Below are positions 41,500 through 54,128 of a DNA stretch of 64,000 bases, piece by piece. This DNA is from Myxococcota bacterium. GTDB taxonomy: Bacteria > Myxococcota_A > UBA9160 > UBA4427. The translations under genes and the position numbers were made by a program. Under the pieces are notes generated by a model, which did not search any database, had not been told where the DNA came from, and worked only from the letters and a program-made list of their open reading frames with translations. The stretch's first letter is position 1. The number at the start of each line of letters is the position of its first letter. The stretch lies in NCBI GenBank assembly GCA_965250285.1, contig OZ252299.1, positions 128,001 through 192,000 on the forward strand, read 5' to 3'.

Positions 41500-42453
41500 T
41501 CAGCAGACGTGGCTCTGTTCTTCGAAGCCCTCGGGCTCGATCTGGATCGTCGTGTGATGAATGTCGAAGCCTCGGGCGAGCGTCTCCTGCAGCGCGTGGA
41601 GCAGTGACGTGTGCTCGACGTCGTTCGTCGACTGGACATGGCACGACATCGAGACGAGGCCGCTGGTGATCGTCCAGACGTGCAGGTCGTGGATGGCCGC
41701 CACGCCCGGCACGGCCAGCAGGGCCGCCCGCACCTCGCCGACGCGGATATGGCGTGGAGCACCCTCGAGGAGCACCTGCACCGTGTCGCGCAGCAGGTGC
41801 CAGGCCGAGGCGGTGATCAGAACGGCGATCACCAGCGAAGCCACCGGGTCGGCCCACTCCCAACCGAACGCCCAGATCGCCGCGCCGGCGCCGATCGCGC
41901 CGACGCTGCCGAGCGCGTCGGAGAGCACGTGCAGCCAGGCGCCCCGCATGTTGAGGCTGTGGTCTCGGGCGCGCTGCAGCACCGCGAGGCTGGCGAGATT
42001 CACGAGCAGGCCGCCTGTGGCGATCAGCATCATCAGCCCGCCCTCGACGTCGCGGGGGGCTCCGAGCCGTTCGATCGCCTCGATGACGATGACGAGCGCG
42101 ATCGCGACGAGCGCGACGCCATTGGCCAGGGCCGCGAGAATCTCGACCCGCTGCCAGCCGAAGGTGCGTTCTTCGCTCGCCGGTCGCTGCGACAGCCAGA
42201 GTGCGAAGAAGCTGAGGCCCAGGCCGGCGACGTCGGAGAGCATGTGACCGGCGTCGGCGAGGAGCGCCAATGAGCCGGTGATCAACCCCCCGACGATCTC
42301 GGCGACCATGTACGAGGCGGCCAGCCAAAGCGCGATCGCCAGCCGCCGGCGCTGGTCGCGGCGCAGCGCGGACAGATCGGGGGGCATGTGAGCGTGCCCG
42401 GCCCGACCGGAGCCACCCGCGTGGGCATGCGCATGAGACGGATCGAGCGCCAT
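41500..42453 (-). CDS. Cation diffusion facilitator (ZitB/CzcD-like Zn/Co/Cd exporter)
   Basis: His-rich N-terminus, LLADAGHMLSD, HVLSDALGS, HDLHVW, HTTIQIE. Confidence 0.92.
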   Translation of the reverse strand: MALDPSHAHAHAGGSGRAGHAHMPPDLSALRRDQRRRLAIALWLAASYMVAEIVGGLITGSLALLADAGHMLSDVAGLGLSFFALWLSQRPASEERTFGWQRVEILAALANGVALVAIALVIVIEAIERLGAPRDVEGGLMMLIATGGLLVNLASLAVLQRARDHSLNMRGAWLHVLSDALGSVGAIGAGAAIWAFGWEWADPVASLVIAVLITASAWHLLRDTVQVLLEGAPRHIRVGEVRAALLAVPGVAAIHDLHVWTITSGLVSMSCHVQSTNDVEHTSLLHALQETLARGFDIHHTTIQIEPEGFEEQSHVC

Positions 42454-42674
42454 CGCGCGAGCGTAGCTGGCCCGCGCCCCCCGTCGCTGCAGCCCCTTCA
42501 CCGCTCAGGCGGCTCTGGTGGCGTCTCGCCGCCTTCTCGATGGGTCGGGCTGGACCCGTGGAGTCAATCGGCTCCGACGGTCCGCGTCTTGTCGCAGATG
42601 CTTCACTCGATTCGAAGCCGGCCCGGCGCGTATGATGGTCGCACGCATCCTGATGGAAGAAGGAGGGCCTGGCC

Positions 42675-43760
42675 ATGGCTGGACGTCTCGCAACGGTTTT
42701 CGCGCTCGCTTGTCTCGCGGCGTGTCTCGCCGGCCCCGCGTCGGCCTATCGGCTCTGGATGACGACCGACTATGACGGGAGCGTGCTCGAGGCCGGTGAG
42801 CTCGTGACCGTCGACGTCCATCTCGATACCGAGGGCGACACCGGTCTCACGTACTTCTCGGTCGCGGTCGTGTATCCACCCGACGTGCTCGACTACGCAC
42901 CCGAGTCGTCTTCGCTGCCGAGCTATGTGCTCTACGCCGGCGGGTCGAAGGGGCAACCCCCGACCTACCTCCTGCCGACCGGCCCGACCGCGCCTGACGC
43001 CCCGCCGCACTGGCCTCTCGCGGTCGATCAGGTGAACGTCGACTTTCTCGCGTCTTCGCTGACGCCATCGCAGAACGCGACTGCGAGCGACGTCGTCGTG
43101 GCCACCGTGGCGTTTCGGCCGGTTGGCTTCGGCGCGGGCGAGGTCGAGCTGACGTTCGACCGTGACGGCAACATCTTCGGCGTCGCCTTCACCGACGTCG
43201 CGCCGACGATCGACACCGGCGTGCCCATCGTCGTCAGCACCGCAGCCGTACCGATGCTCGCGCCGCTCGCGTTGGCCGCGCTCGCTCTGACGATCGCACT
43301 CTTCGGGCACCGCTTCGTGCCCTCGACCGCGGCGAGGATGGCCGTCGTCGCGCTCGCACTCTTCGGGGCAGCCGTCTTTGCGGCGACCCTGTCGGTGCCG
43401 ACGGCCGCCTCGACGCCGGGGGACGTCGACGGCGACGGGGTGCCGAACGCGATCGACAACTGCCAGACGACCGGCAACGGGCCCCTCGCCGGCAACTGCA
43501 GCGCGCAGCAGGATGCGGACGCCGACGGGTACGGCAACGCCTGCGACCGCGACTTCGACAACGACGGCGTGGTCAGCCTCGTCGATCAGCACCTCATCTA
43601 TCTCGAGCTCGGCTCGACCGACGCGGTCTTCGACACGAACTGCGACGGAGCCGTGGGCTTCGACGACCATTCGGGGGCGGTTGCGGGCGCCGACCAGTAC
43701 GAACGCCCCGGCCCTTCGGGGCTCGATTGCGCGGGCACCCCGCCCTGTCCGGCGCCCTAG
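42675..43760 (+). CDS. Secreted protein: cohesin-like domain, internal membrane segments, TSP3/dockerin-like Ca-binding domain
   Basis: Signal peptide; beta-rich domain; AVPMLAPLALAALALTIALFG; DVDGDGVPNAIDNC, DADADGYGNACD, DFDNDGVVSLVD, DTNCDGAVGFDD. Confidence 0.65.
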   Translation: MAGRLATVFALACLAACLAGPASAYRLWMTTDYDGSVLEAGELVTVDVHLDTEGDTGLTYFSVAVVYPPDVLDYAPESSSLPSYVLYAGGSKGQPPTYLLPTGPTAPDAPPHWPLAVDQVNVDFLASSLTPSQNATASDVVVATVAFRPVGFGAGEVELTFDRDGNIFGVAFTDVAPTIDTGVPIVVSTAAVPMLAPLALAALALTIALFGHRFVPSTAARMAVVALALFGAAVFAATLSVPTAASTPGDVDGDGVPNAIDNCQTTGNGPLAGNCSAQQDADADGYGNACDRDFDNDGVVSLVDQHLIYLELGSTDAVFDTNCDGAVGFDDHSGAVAGADQYERPGPSGLDCAGTPPCPAP

Positions 43761-43782
43761 CGTCGCGCCGTCGTCCCGAACC

Positions 43783-43816
43783 AGAAAGCCCCCGCCGCAT
43801 CGCTGCGACGGGGGCT
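43783..43816 (-). terminator. Intrinsic terminator after groEL (possibly bidirectional)
   Basis: AGCCCCCG...CGGGGGCT stem followed by TTTCT on the minus strand. Confidence 0.55.
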
Positions 43817-43857
43817 CGGTAGCTCGCGCTGGCCTGGGGCCGATGGAGGACCGGGTC

Positions 43858-45811
<1,954 letters not shown>

Positions 45812-45946
45812 GGATCCAATCCTTTTCCTGGGTTGCGCAGCCATTGCGGGGGCTGGCGATCTGCAGATGGGCGACCAGCGACGTGGGCCCGCGCCGCTGC
45901 ACGGTGCAGGGGCAGGACGAGCCGCTGAGCGCATTCCGGATGATGA

Positions 45947-45973
45947 TTGGCAGTCCCGCGGAGGGAGTGCCAA
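45947..45973 (-). promoter_or_regulatory. CIRCE element (HrcA operator) upstream of groES
   Basis: Minus strand TTGGCACTC-N9-GACTGCCAA versus consensus TTAGCACTC-N9-GAGTGCTAA. Confidence 0.85.
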
Positions 45974-45982
45974 TGCGGCGGC

Positions 45983-46010
45983 AATCTAGGGCGGAGACCC
46001 CCTCGGTCAA
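45983..46010 (-). promoter_or_regulatory. Putative sigma70 promoter of groESL
   Basis: Minus strand TTGACC-N16-TAGATT just upstream of CIRCE; A-rich UP-like tract near 46021-46040. Confidence 0.65.
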
Positions 46011-46097
46011 GCGACGCGGGTTCATTTTTGAGATTTTTTCGCAGCACCCGGTGGCCGACGCTGCCCAGCGACGACCGCACTCGGCCCGGGGCGTTGA

Positions 46098-46144
46098 CTT
46101 TCGCTTCGATTTCGCGAAGATCCGGGGCGAAATTGCGACGAAAG
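46098..46144. promoter_or_regulatory. Candidate LexA operators (two inverted copies of CTTTCG-N5-ATTTCGC)
   Basis: CTTTCGCTTCGATTTCGC at 46098-46115 (+) and CTTTCGTCGCAATTTCGC at 46127-46144 (-); overlaps TTGACT at 46094. Confidence 0.5.
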
Positions 46145-46229
46145 CGGCGACGGTGTCCCTTCAGGCCCGCGCCGCCCATCGGGTCTTCGGGCGCGTGCCG
46201 TGCCGGAGACCGGGGAGACGGCCACCGAG

Positions 46230-46844
46230 ATGGCACTCACGCGGCGCCAGCGCGAGATCTACGACTTCATCTGTCAGTTCGTCGACCAGCACGGCTACTC
46301 GCCGAGCCTCGAGGAGATCGGGGCCCACTTCGGTCTCGCCTCGGTGGCGACGGTGCACAAGCACGTCCACCACCTCGTCGAGAAGGGGTTCCTGCGCAAG
46401 TCGTGGAACCGCTCTCGCTCGGTCGAGCCGGTGCCCGAGAGTGAGCAGGCAGGCGGCGACGTGCGCTCGGCCCCGCTGCTCGGCACGGTCGCGGCTGGGT
46501 CGCCCATCGAGGTGATGTCCGACGCCCACGAGCGGGTGGGCGTGCCCGAGGAGATGGCGGGGGGCCAGGGCGACACCTTCGTCCTGCGCGTGCGCGGCAA
46601 CTCGATGATCGAGGATCAGATCTGTGACGGTGACCTCGTCGTCGTCGAGAGTCGAAACGAGGCGCGCAACGGCGAGACGGTCGTGGCGCTCGTCGCCGGC
46701 AACGAGGCGACCCTCAAGCGCTACTACCGCGAGGGGCCGCGCGTACGCCTCGTCCCGGCCAACAGCACGATGGACCCGATCGAGGTGCCGGCGAGCGACG
46801 TCATGATTCAGGGCGTCGTCCGCGGCCTCATGCGCACGTTCTAG
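46230..46844 (+). CDS. lexA: SOS repressor LexA
   Basis: LTRRQREI, GYSPSLEEI, VAAG cleavage site, GNSM, ATLKR. Confidence 0.95.
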   Translation: MALTRRQREIYDFICQFVDQHGYSPSLEEIGAHFGLASVATVHKHVHHLVEKGFLRKSWNRSRSVEPVPESEQAGGDVRSAPLLGTVAAGSPIEVMSDAHERVGVPEEMAGGQGDTFVLRVRGNSMIEDQICDGDLVVVESRNEARNGETVVALVAGNEATLKRYYREGPRVRLVPANSTMDPIEVPASDVMIQGVVRGLMRTF

Positions 46845-47050
46845 GGGCGACTTCCTCGGGGCCGACGAGCTCAGGGCCAGACGAGCCGAGGATCAGACGT
46901 CGGCGTCTACGGCACCGCTCCCGCGACCGGTCCTCGGACCCGTTTCGTTGCAGGCCGCTCCGATCGGCGGGGGTGCTAGCCTCCGGAGCTTCCCGGTGCC
47001 TCACTCGCATCGGTTGAGCCGCGCCCCGGACATCCCAGGATTGGAGCGAG

Positions 47051-47632
47051 ATGAGTGAACCCAGCGATCCGATCGAGCCGCTCGTCGAGTCGATGCTCAA
47101 AGAGCTCGGCGAGGCGCCCTCGCGCGACGGGTTGAAGGATACGCCGCGGCGAGTCGCCAAGGCGATGCGATTCTTCACGAGCGGGTACCAGCAGGACCCG
47201 CGCGAGCTGCTGAACGACGCGCTCTTCGACGTCGAGTACGACGAGATGGTGCTCGTACGTGACATCGACTTCTACAGCCTCTGCGAGCACCACATGGTGC
47301 CGTTCTACGGCAAGGCGCACGTCGGCTACATCCCGCGCGGCAAGGTGGTGGGGCTCTCGAAGATCGCGCGCATCGTCGAGATGTTCGCGCGACGGCTTCA
47401 GGTGCAGGAGCGACTCAGCATGCAGGTCGCAGAGGTGCTCGAAGACGTGCTGCACCCCCGCGGCGTCGGGGTGGTCGTCGAGGCGAAGCACCTGTGCATG
47501 ATGATGCGCGGTGTTCAGCAGCAGAACAGTTTCGCCGTGACCAGCTCGCTGCGCGGTGAGTTCGAGAGCGACTCGAAGACCCGATCCGAGTTCCTCGAGC
47601 TGATCCGCGAGAAAGCGTCGCCTTTCAGCTGA
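47051..47632 (+). CDS. folE: GTP cyclohydrolase I
   Basis: [40 protein letters not shown]. Confidence 0.97.
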   Translation: MSEPSDPIEPLVESMLKELGEAPSRDGLKDTPRRVAKAMRFFTSGYQQDPRELLNDALFDVEYDEMVLVRDIDFYSLCEHHMVPFYGKAHVGYIPRGKVVGLSKIARIVEMFARRLQVQERLSMQVAEVLEDVLHPRGVGVVVEAKHLCMMMRGVQQQNSFAVTSSLRGEFESDSKTRSEFLELIREKASPFS

Positions 47633-47638
47633 GCGTCG

Positions 47639-48529
47639 ATGGATGAGCGTCCGGCGCCGCCGGGGCCCGACGCTCGAACGAGCGACCCTGGATCGAAAGG
47701 CGCACGGGTGCAGGTCGACATCGGCGGCTGCAGACTCCACGTCGTCGAAGCGGCGCCGCGCCGCGAAGGCGCGCCGGTGCTGCTCATGCTGCACGGTGGG
47801 CCAGGCTTCGATCACACCGGCTTCCGACCCGAGTTCGATCGCTACGCCGATCGCTTGAACGTCATCTACGTCGACCAGCGCGGCCAGGGCCAGAGCGACC
47901 GGTCGACGCCTGATCACTGGTGTCTAGACGTCTGGGCCGATGACGTCGTGCGATTGTGCGCGGCGCTCGACGTCGAGCGGCCGATCGTTTTCGGTCAGTC
48001 GTTTGGCGGGATGGTCGCGATGCACTACGCCGCGCGACATCCGTCGCACGCGCGCGCGCTCGTCTTCTCGAGCACGAGCGCGCACATGCATCTGCACGAG
48101 CGCGTGCTGCCGGCGTTCGAGGCGGCGGGCGGAGCGCGCGCGCTGCGGGCGGCGACCGCGTTCTTCGAAGCCCCCGATCCCGATCGATGGCCGGCCTATG
48201 CACGGCACTGCCTGCCGCTCTACAACGTGACGCCGCAATCCGGACCGCCGACGCCGCCGCGCTTCGACGTGCTCTGTCACTTCTTTGCGGGCGAGGCGTT
48301 CACGATGGATCTGCGCCCCGGGCTCGCTGACGTCGTTGCGCCCGTACTCGTCACCGTGGGTGAAGAAGACCCGATCACGCCCCAGGCCGATGCGCACGAC
48401 ATCGTCGATGCGCTGCACGCGGCCCCGGTCCGCGAGGCCGTCTTTCGCGGCGCCGGTCACGGCGTCTGGCGCGACCGGGCCGCCGACTTCTTCGCAGTAT
48501 TCGAGAATTTCCTGGAAGAAGTGGCGTAG
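47639..48529 (+). CDS. Alpha/beta hydrolase (proline iminopeptidase-like)
   Basis: LHGGPG, DQRGQG, GQSFGG, AGHG. Confidence 0.85.
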   Translation: MDERPAPPGPDARTSDPGSKGARVQVDIGGCRLHVVEAAPRREGAPVLLMLHGGPGFDHTGFRPEFDRYADRLNVIYVDQRGQGQSDRSTPDHWCLDVWADDVVRLCAALDVERPIVFGQSFGGMVAMHYAARHPSHARALVFSSTSAHMHLHERVLPAFEAAGGARALRAATAFFEAPDPDRWPAYARHCLPLYNVTPQSGPPTPPRFDVLCHFFAGEAFTMDLRPGLADVVAPVLVTVGEEDPITPQADAHDIVDALHAAPVREAVFRGAGHGVWRDRAADFFAVFENFLEEVA

Positions 48530-48786
48530 ATCGAACGCAGGCCGCGCCCACTCTGATCTAGACGCGAACCGATAATCTGGACAAAATTTCTAGACGCAAG
48601 ATCGGCGTCAGTTCCAGGCGCCTTCGAGCGTTTTCACGTTCTGTTGAAAAATTTGCATCCAAAAACTGCTTTTCATGCGAAGAGCACGGTGGATCCAGCC
48701 GATGAGGCTGGAAGTTGTGTACAGGAAATATCTGTACGAAATAGGGCGCGTCCTTGTCGGACCGACCCCACCGAGGAAGCTCATTC

Positions 48787-50973
48787 ATGAAATCCGCTCT
48801 GCGAATCGCATTGCTCCTGCTGCTGGCGACCGGTCTCGTCGCTTGCGGCGAAGACGACGATCCCCAGGATCAGACGATGCCGGCGACCGTGGCCGAAGCC
48901 GCCGCGAACGACGGCCGCTTCACCACCCTGGTCGATGCGCTCGAGGCCACCGGTCTCGACGCGGCCCTCGCCGGCGCCGGGCCGTTCACGGTCTTCGCCC
49001 CCACCGATGATGCGTTCGCGCTGCTGCCGGCGGGCCTCGTCGACCTGGGTGCTTCGCCCGCCACGGCGGGCGGCGCGGGCACGCCGCGGGCGGCGCTCAG
49101 CACCAACGAGCTGGCCGACTTGCTCAGCTACCACGTTCTCAACGAAGAGCTCGACGCCGAAGGCGTCATCGCATCGGATGTGCTCGAGACGCTGACGGGC
49201 GGCACGATCGACGTACAGGTCATCGACGGCACGGTGGTGCTCGACGGTCGGGTCCAGATCACGTCGACCGACATGCGAGCCGGCAATGGCATCATCCACG
49301 TGATCGACGCCGTGCTGATCGACGGGGCGTTCCCGGGCACGCTGGTCGACGCCGTCGTTGCGTCGCCCCGCTTCTCGACCCTCAAGGATGCGGTCGTGGC
49401 CGAGAGCCTCGACTCGGTGCTCGCAGGCACGAACGGCGGCGACGGATACACGGTGCTCGCGCCGACGAACGCGGCCTTCGCGGCGCTGCCGGAGGGCACG
49501 GTCGACGATCTCGTGGCCGGGGGGCTCCTCGACGACGTCCTGCTCTACCACGTCATTCCGCTGACGGCGCCCGAAGCGACGGTCGTGACCCTCGACTCGG
49601 CGCCGACTGCGCAGGGCAACGACGTGGCGATCCAGGTCTCGAACGGCACCGTCGTGCTCGACGGTCGCGTGCAGGTGGTATCGACCGACATCGAGGCCGA
49701 GAACGGCGTGATTCACGTGATCGACTCAGTGCTCGTGCCGATCGAGTACCCCGGCACCGTCGTCGACGCGCTGGCCGCTTCGCCGCGCTTCTCGACGCTG
49801 GTCGGTGCGCTCGGTACGGCCGATCTCGCCGCGACCCTGGACGGGCTCACCGACGTCACGGTGCTCGCGCCGACGAACGATGCGTTCGATCTGCTCCCCG
49901 ACGGGCTCGTGGCTTCGCTGAGCGGCGAGGCCCTCGCGCCGATCCTGCTCTACCACGTGCTGAACGTCGAGGCGCCCGAGTCGCTGGTCGTCACGCTCGA
50001 GACGGCCGAGACGGCCGAAGGTGGCTTCATCGACATCGCCATCGACGACGCCACGGTCGTCATCGATGGCCGAGTGCAGGTGACGTTCACCGACATCGAG
50101 ACCGCGAGCGGCGTGATTCACGTGCTCGACGCGGTGCTCGTGCCCGGGGCGTTCCCGGGCACGGTGGTCGACGCCCTCGTCGCATCGCCCCGCTTCTCGA
50201 CGCTGGTCGGTGCCGTGGTGGCCGAAGACCTCGCCGGTACGCTGGCGGGTGACAACAGCGGCAACGGCTTCACCGTGTTCGCGCCGACCAACGGCGGCTT
50301 TGCTCGCCTGCCCGAGGGCCTGGTGGCCGAGGTCGCCGGCGATGACGCCCTCGACGACGTGCTGCTCTACCACGTGCTCGGCGCCGAGGTCGACTCGACC
50401 GGTGCAGTGGCTGCAGCCGGCACCGCCGTCCCGACGCTGGCGCCCTCGAGCGGCGGCACCTTCGCAGTGTCGGTCGACGTCGATGGCGACGGCGATCTCT
50501 TCCTCGATGCCCGCACGCAGGTGACGTTCACCGACATCGAAGCGAGCAACGGCGTGATCCACGTGCTCGACTCGGTGTTGGTGCCCGGGGTCGACTTCCC
50601 CGGCAGCCTCGTCGAGGCGCTCGCGGCCTATCCGCGCTTCGACAGCCTGGTCGGTGCGGTCGTGCTCGAGGATCTCGTCGGTGCGGTCACCGACGTGACC
50701 GTCTTCGCTCCCACGAACGATGCGTTCGCGGCGGTGAGCGGCCTGAACGGCAACACGCTCGCCGACGTGCTCGCGTATCACCTGCTCGCCGACATCGAGT
50801 TCTCGGGCGATCTCGGCGTGACCGAGACGACGCTGCAAGGCGACACGATCGCGATCGACGTGTCGAGTGGCGTCGTGATCAACGGCACCTCGAACGTGAT
50901 CTTCACCGACATCGGTGCCGACGACGGCGTGATCCACGTCATCGACGAGGTGCTCATTCCGCCGGCGCCCTGA
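48787..50973 (+). CDS. Fasciclin (FAS1) lipoprotein with five FAS1 domains
   Basis: Lipobox LVAC; five T(V)xAPT(N/D)xxF ... GxIHVxDxVL units. Confidence 0.92.
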   Translation: MKSALRIALLLLLATGLVACGEDDDPQDQTMPATVAEAAANDGRFTTLVDALEATGLDAALAGAGPFTVFAPTDDAFALLPAGLVDLGASPATAGGAGTPRAALSTNELADLLSYHVLNEELDAEGVIASDVLETLTGGTIDVQVIDGTVVLDGRVQITSTDMRAGNGIIHVIDAVLIDGAFPGTLVDAVVASPRFSTLKDAVVAESLDSVLAGTNGGDGYTVLAPTNAAFAALPEGTVDDLVAGGLLDDVLLYHVIPLTAPEATVVTLDSAPTAQGNDVAIQVSNGTVVLDGRVQVVSTDIEAENGVIHVIDSVLVPIEYPGTVVDALAASPRFSTLVGALGTADLAATLDGLTDVTVLAPTNDAFDLLPDGLVASLSGEALAPILLYHVLNVEAPESLVVTLETAETAEGGFIDIAIDDATVVIDGRVQVTFTDIETASGVIHVLDAVLVPGAFPGTVVDALVASPRFSTLVGAVVAEDLAGTLAGDNSGNGFTVFAPTNGGFARLPEGLVAEVAGDDALDDVLLYHVLGAEVDSTGAVAAAGTAVPTLAPSSGGTFAVSVDVDGDGDLFLDARTQVTFTDIEASNGVIHVLDSVLVPGVDFPGSLVEALAAYPRFDSLVGAVVLEDLVGAVTDVTVFAPTNDAFAAVSGLNGNTLADVLAYHLLADIEFSGDLGVTETTLQGDTIAIDVSSGVVINGTSNVIFTDIGADDGVIHVIDEVLIPPAP

Positions 50974-51014
50974 TCCACGTCATCGACGAGGTGCTCGTCC
51001 CGCCGGCGCCCTGA
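50930..51014 (+). repeat. 41-bp direct duplication of the fasciclin gene 3' end including the stop codon
   Basis: TGATCCACGTCATCGACGAGGTGCTC(AT/GT)(T/C)CCGCCGGCGCCC at 50930 and 50971; 2 mismatches. Confidence 0.9.
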
Positions 51015-51040
51015 CCGAGGCGCAGGTTGGCAACACCCCG

Positions 51041-51080
51041 GAGCCGGGGAGGGGCAACCCTCCTCGGCTTCGTTCGTTTT
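51041..51080 (+). terminator. Intrinsic terminator of the fasciclin gene
   Basis: GAGCCGGGGAGGG-GCAA-CCCTCCTCGGCTT followed by CGTTCGTTTT. Confidence 0.75.
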
Positions 51081-51108
51081 GGGGCGCAGCGCAGAGGGCG
51101 CGCTGCGA

Positions 51109-52635
51109 TCAGGAGTTCTCGACCACCAGATCGGCGTTGACGAGGAGGCGCCCGTTCGCCTTCAGCTGCTCGCGTCGCGTGTCGACCCAATCCTGGATCA
51201 GCTGCCCGCGCTTCTGCTCGATCAGCTGCGTTTCGAGCGCGAGGATCGCGTCTTCGAGGGCCGCGGCGTCGGGCTCGGGTCGCTCGATCAGCTCGATCAG
51301 GACCAGATTGTTGCCGACGGGGAAGATCCGGGGTGAGCTCGGCGCCTCCTCGCTGAGCGAGAACGCCGCCGAAAGCAGCTCGGGGGCTGCGCCGAGACCG
51401 GGGACGAAGCCGTCTGCGCGGCGCCGGATCAGGCTCGTGCGCTCGAGGGTCAGCAAGCGGGCCCGTGCCGCATCCTCGAGCGACTCGCCGGCGCGCACCT
51501 TCTCGGCCAGCGCGTTCGCGGTCTCCTGGGCGCGCTCCTCGGCGAGCCCAAGCGTCGCGAGCTCGCGCGCGAGCTCGAGCTGGACCTCTTCGAGCGGCGT
51601 CGTCCCGGCCTCGCGCTTCTCCTCGACGAGGATCAGGTGGAAGCCGCGATTCGTCTGGATCGGCTCGGACAGATCGCCGGGCTGCAGAGCGAAGGCTGCG
51701 TCGTCGAAGGCCGCGAGATTGCGGCCGCGCGGGAAGAACCCGAGATCTCCGCCCGACTCTTTCGTGCCTGCGTCGTCGCTCTCGGCTGCTGCGACGTCGG
51801 CGAAGGCCTCGCCTTCGATCAGTCGGGCGCGCAGGGCGAGCGCTTCGGCGCGAGCCGCCTCGACGGCGGCCTCGTCGTCGGCGTTCTCGACGGCCACCAG
51901 AATGTGGCGCGCGTGCACCTCTTCGGGGCGGGTGTAGAGCGCGGCGCGCTCCTCCCACACGCTGCGCACGGCGTCGGGGTTCTCGTCGAGATAGGCCTGC
52001 GCTGCTGCGTCGTCGAGCGACTCGCCCGGGAGCGTCGTGGTGTCGAGGGCGACGTACGCGAGCCGCGCCTCTTCGAGCCCGTACAGCGCGGCCATGCGAA
52101 CCTCGGCCGGGCTCACCGACGCCTGGCCATACAGCAGATTCAGCATCTTCTGTCGCAGCAGGTCCTGCCGCATGACGTTGAGGAACTGGCGCTGGCTGCC
52201 GTACCGGCTGATCGCGAAGTTCTCGAACGCTTCGGGGACGAACCGACCCCCCTCGTCGCGGAAGGCCGCGGCGTTTCGAACGATCGACTTGATCTCCTCG
52301 TTGCTCACGTCGAGGCCGAGCTGCATGGCTCCATCGGCCAGGATCGCGCCATCTTCGAGGTTGCGAAGGGTCTGGGCGTCGAGAAAGGCCGCGGCCGCGC
52401 GCTCGTCGTACTGGTCGCCGGCGCGGTCGCGGAGATCCTGCTCGTTCTGATCGCGCAGCCGGTAGAAATCCGAGAGCCCGAGGCGGATGTCGCCCAACTC
52501 GAGCACGAGATTTCCCGTGGGGCCGGACGGGCGCAGCCCGTCGCCGACGCCCATGAAGAGCACGAAGACGAAGCCGACGAGGGCGATGATGATGGCGGTC
52601 AGCCAGCGCTGTCCCTTACGGAACGAATCGAGCAT
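51109..52635 (-). CDS. ppiD: PpiD-like membrane-anchored chaperone (SurA_N plus parvulin domain)
   Basis: MLDSFRK plus TM helix; HARHILV, SDDAGT..GGDLG, GFHLI; divergent from mreB. Confidence 0.85.
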   Translation of the reverse strand: MLDSFRKGQRWLTAIIIALVGFVFVLFMGVGDGLRPSGPTGNLVLELGDIRLGLSDFYRLRDQNEQDLRDRAGDQYDERAAAAFLDAQTLRNLEDGAILADGAMQLGLDVSNEEIKSIVRNAAAFRDEGGRFVPEAFENFAISRYGSQRQFLNVMRQDLLRQKMLNLLYGQASVSPAEVRMAALYGLEEARLAYVALDTTTLPGESLDDAAAQAYLDENPDAVRSVWEERAALYTRPEEVHARHILVAVENADDEAAVEAARAEALALRARLIEGEAFADVAAAESDDAGTKESGGDLGFFPRGRNLAAFDDAAFALQPGDLSEPIQTNRGFHLILVEEKREAGTTPLEEVQLELARELATLGLAEERAQETANALAEKVRAGESLEDAARARLLTLERTSLIRRRADGFVPGLGAAPELLSAAFSLSEEAPSSPRIFPVGNNLVLIELIERPEPDAAALEDAILALETQLIEQKRGQLIQDWVDTRREQLKANGRLLVNADLVVENS

Positions 52636-52804
52636 GGGGCGCATCCTTCGAGGGTGGGGCCGTCGCGGTGGGTGCGGCGGCGGCCGCCGAGAGTAGGAAT
52701 GGACCCCCCGCGGAGCAAGCGAACGCTTGCTCGTTCCCCGGTGGGCTGATACGTTCCACCGCGATCGGGGGGGCGCGCAAACCACTTTCAAACCGGACAT
52801 TTAG

Positions 52805-54046
<1,242 letters not shown>

Positions 54047-54128
54047 CCCGAATTCGTGAGCAGGGGCGGGGGGTTCCGCCCCGTCGGCGCTCACGGATGA
54101 CTGCGGACGGACCGGCACCGTGGGGGTC

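Noticed and set aside
50930..51014. Possible diversity-generating retroelement VR/TR pair
   Set aside because: Too short, differences are not adenine-specific in the downstream copy, and there is no reverse transcriptase nearby
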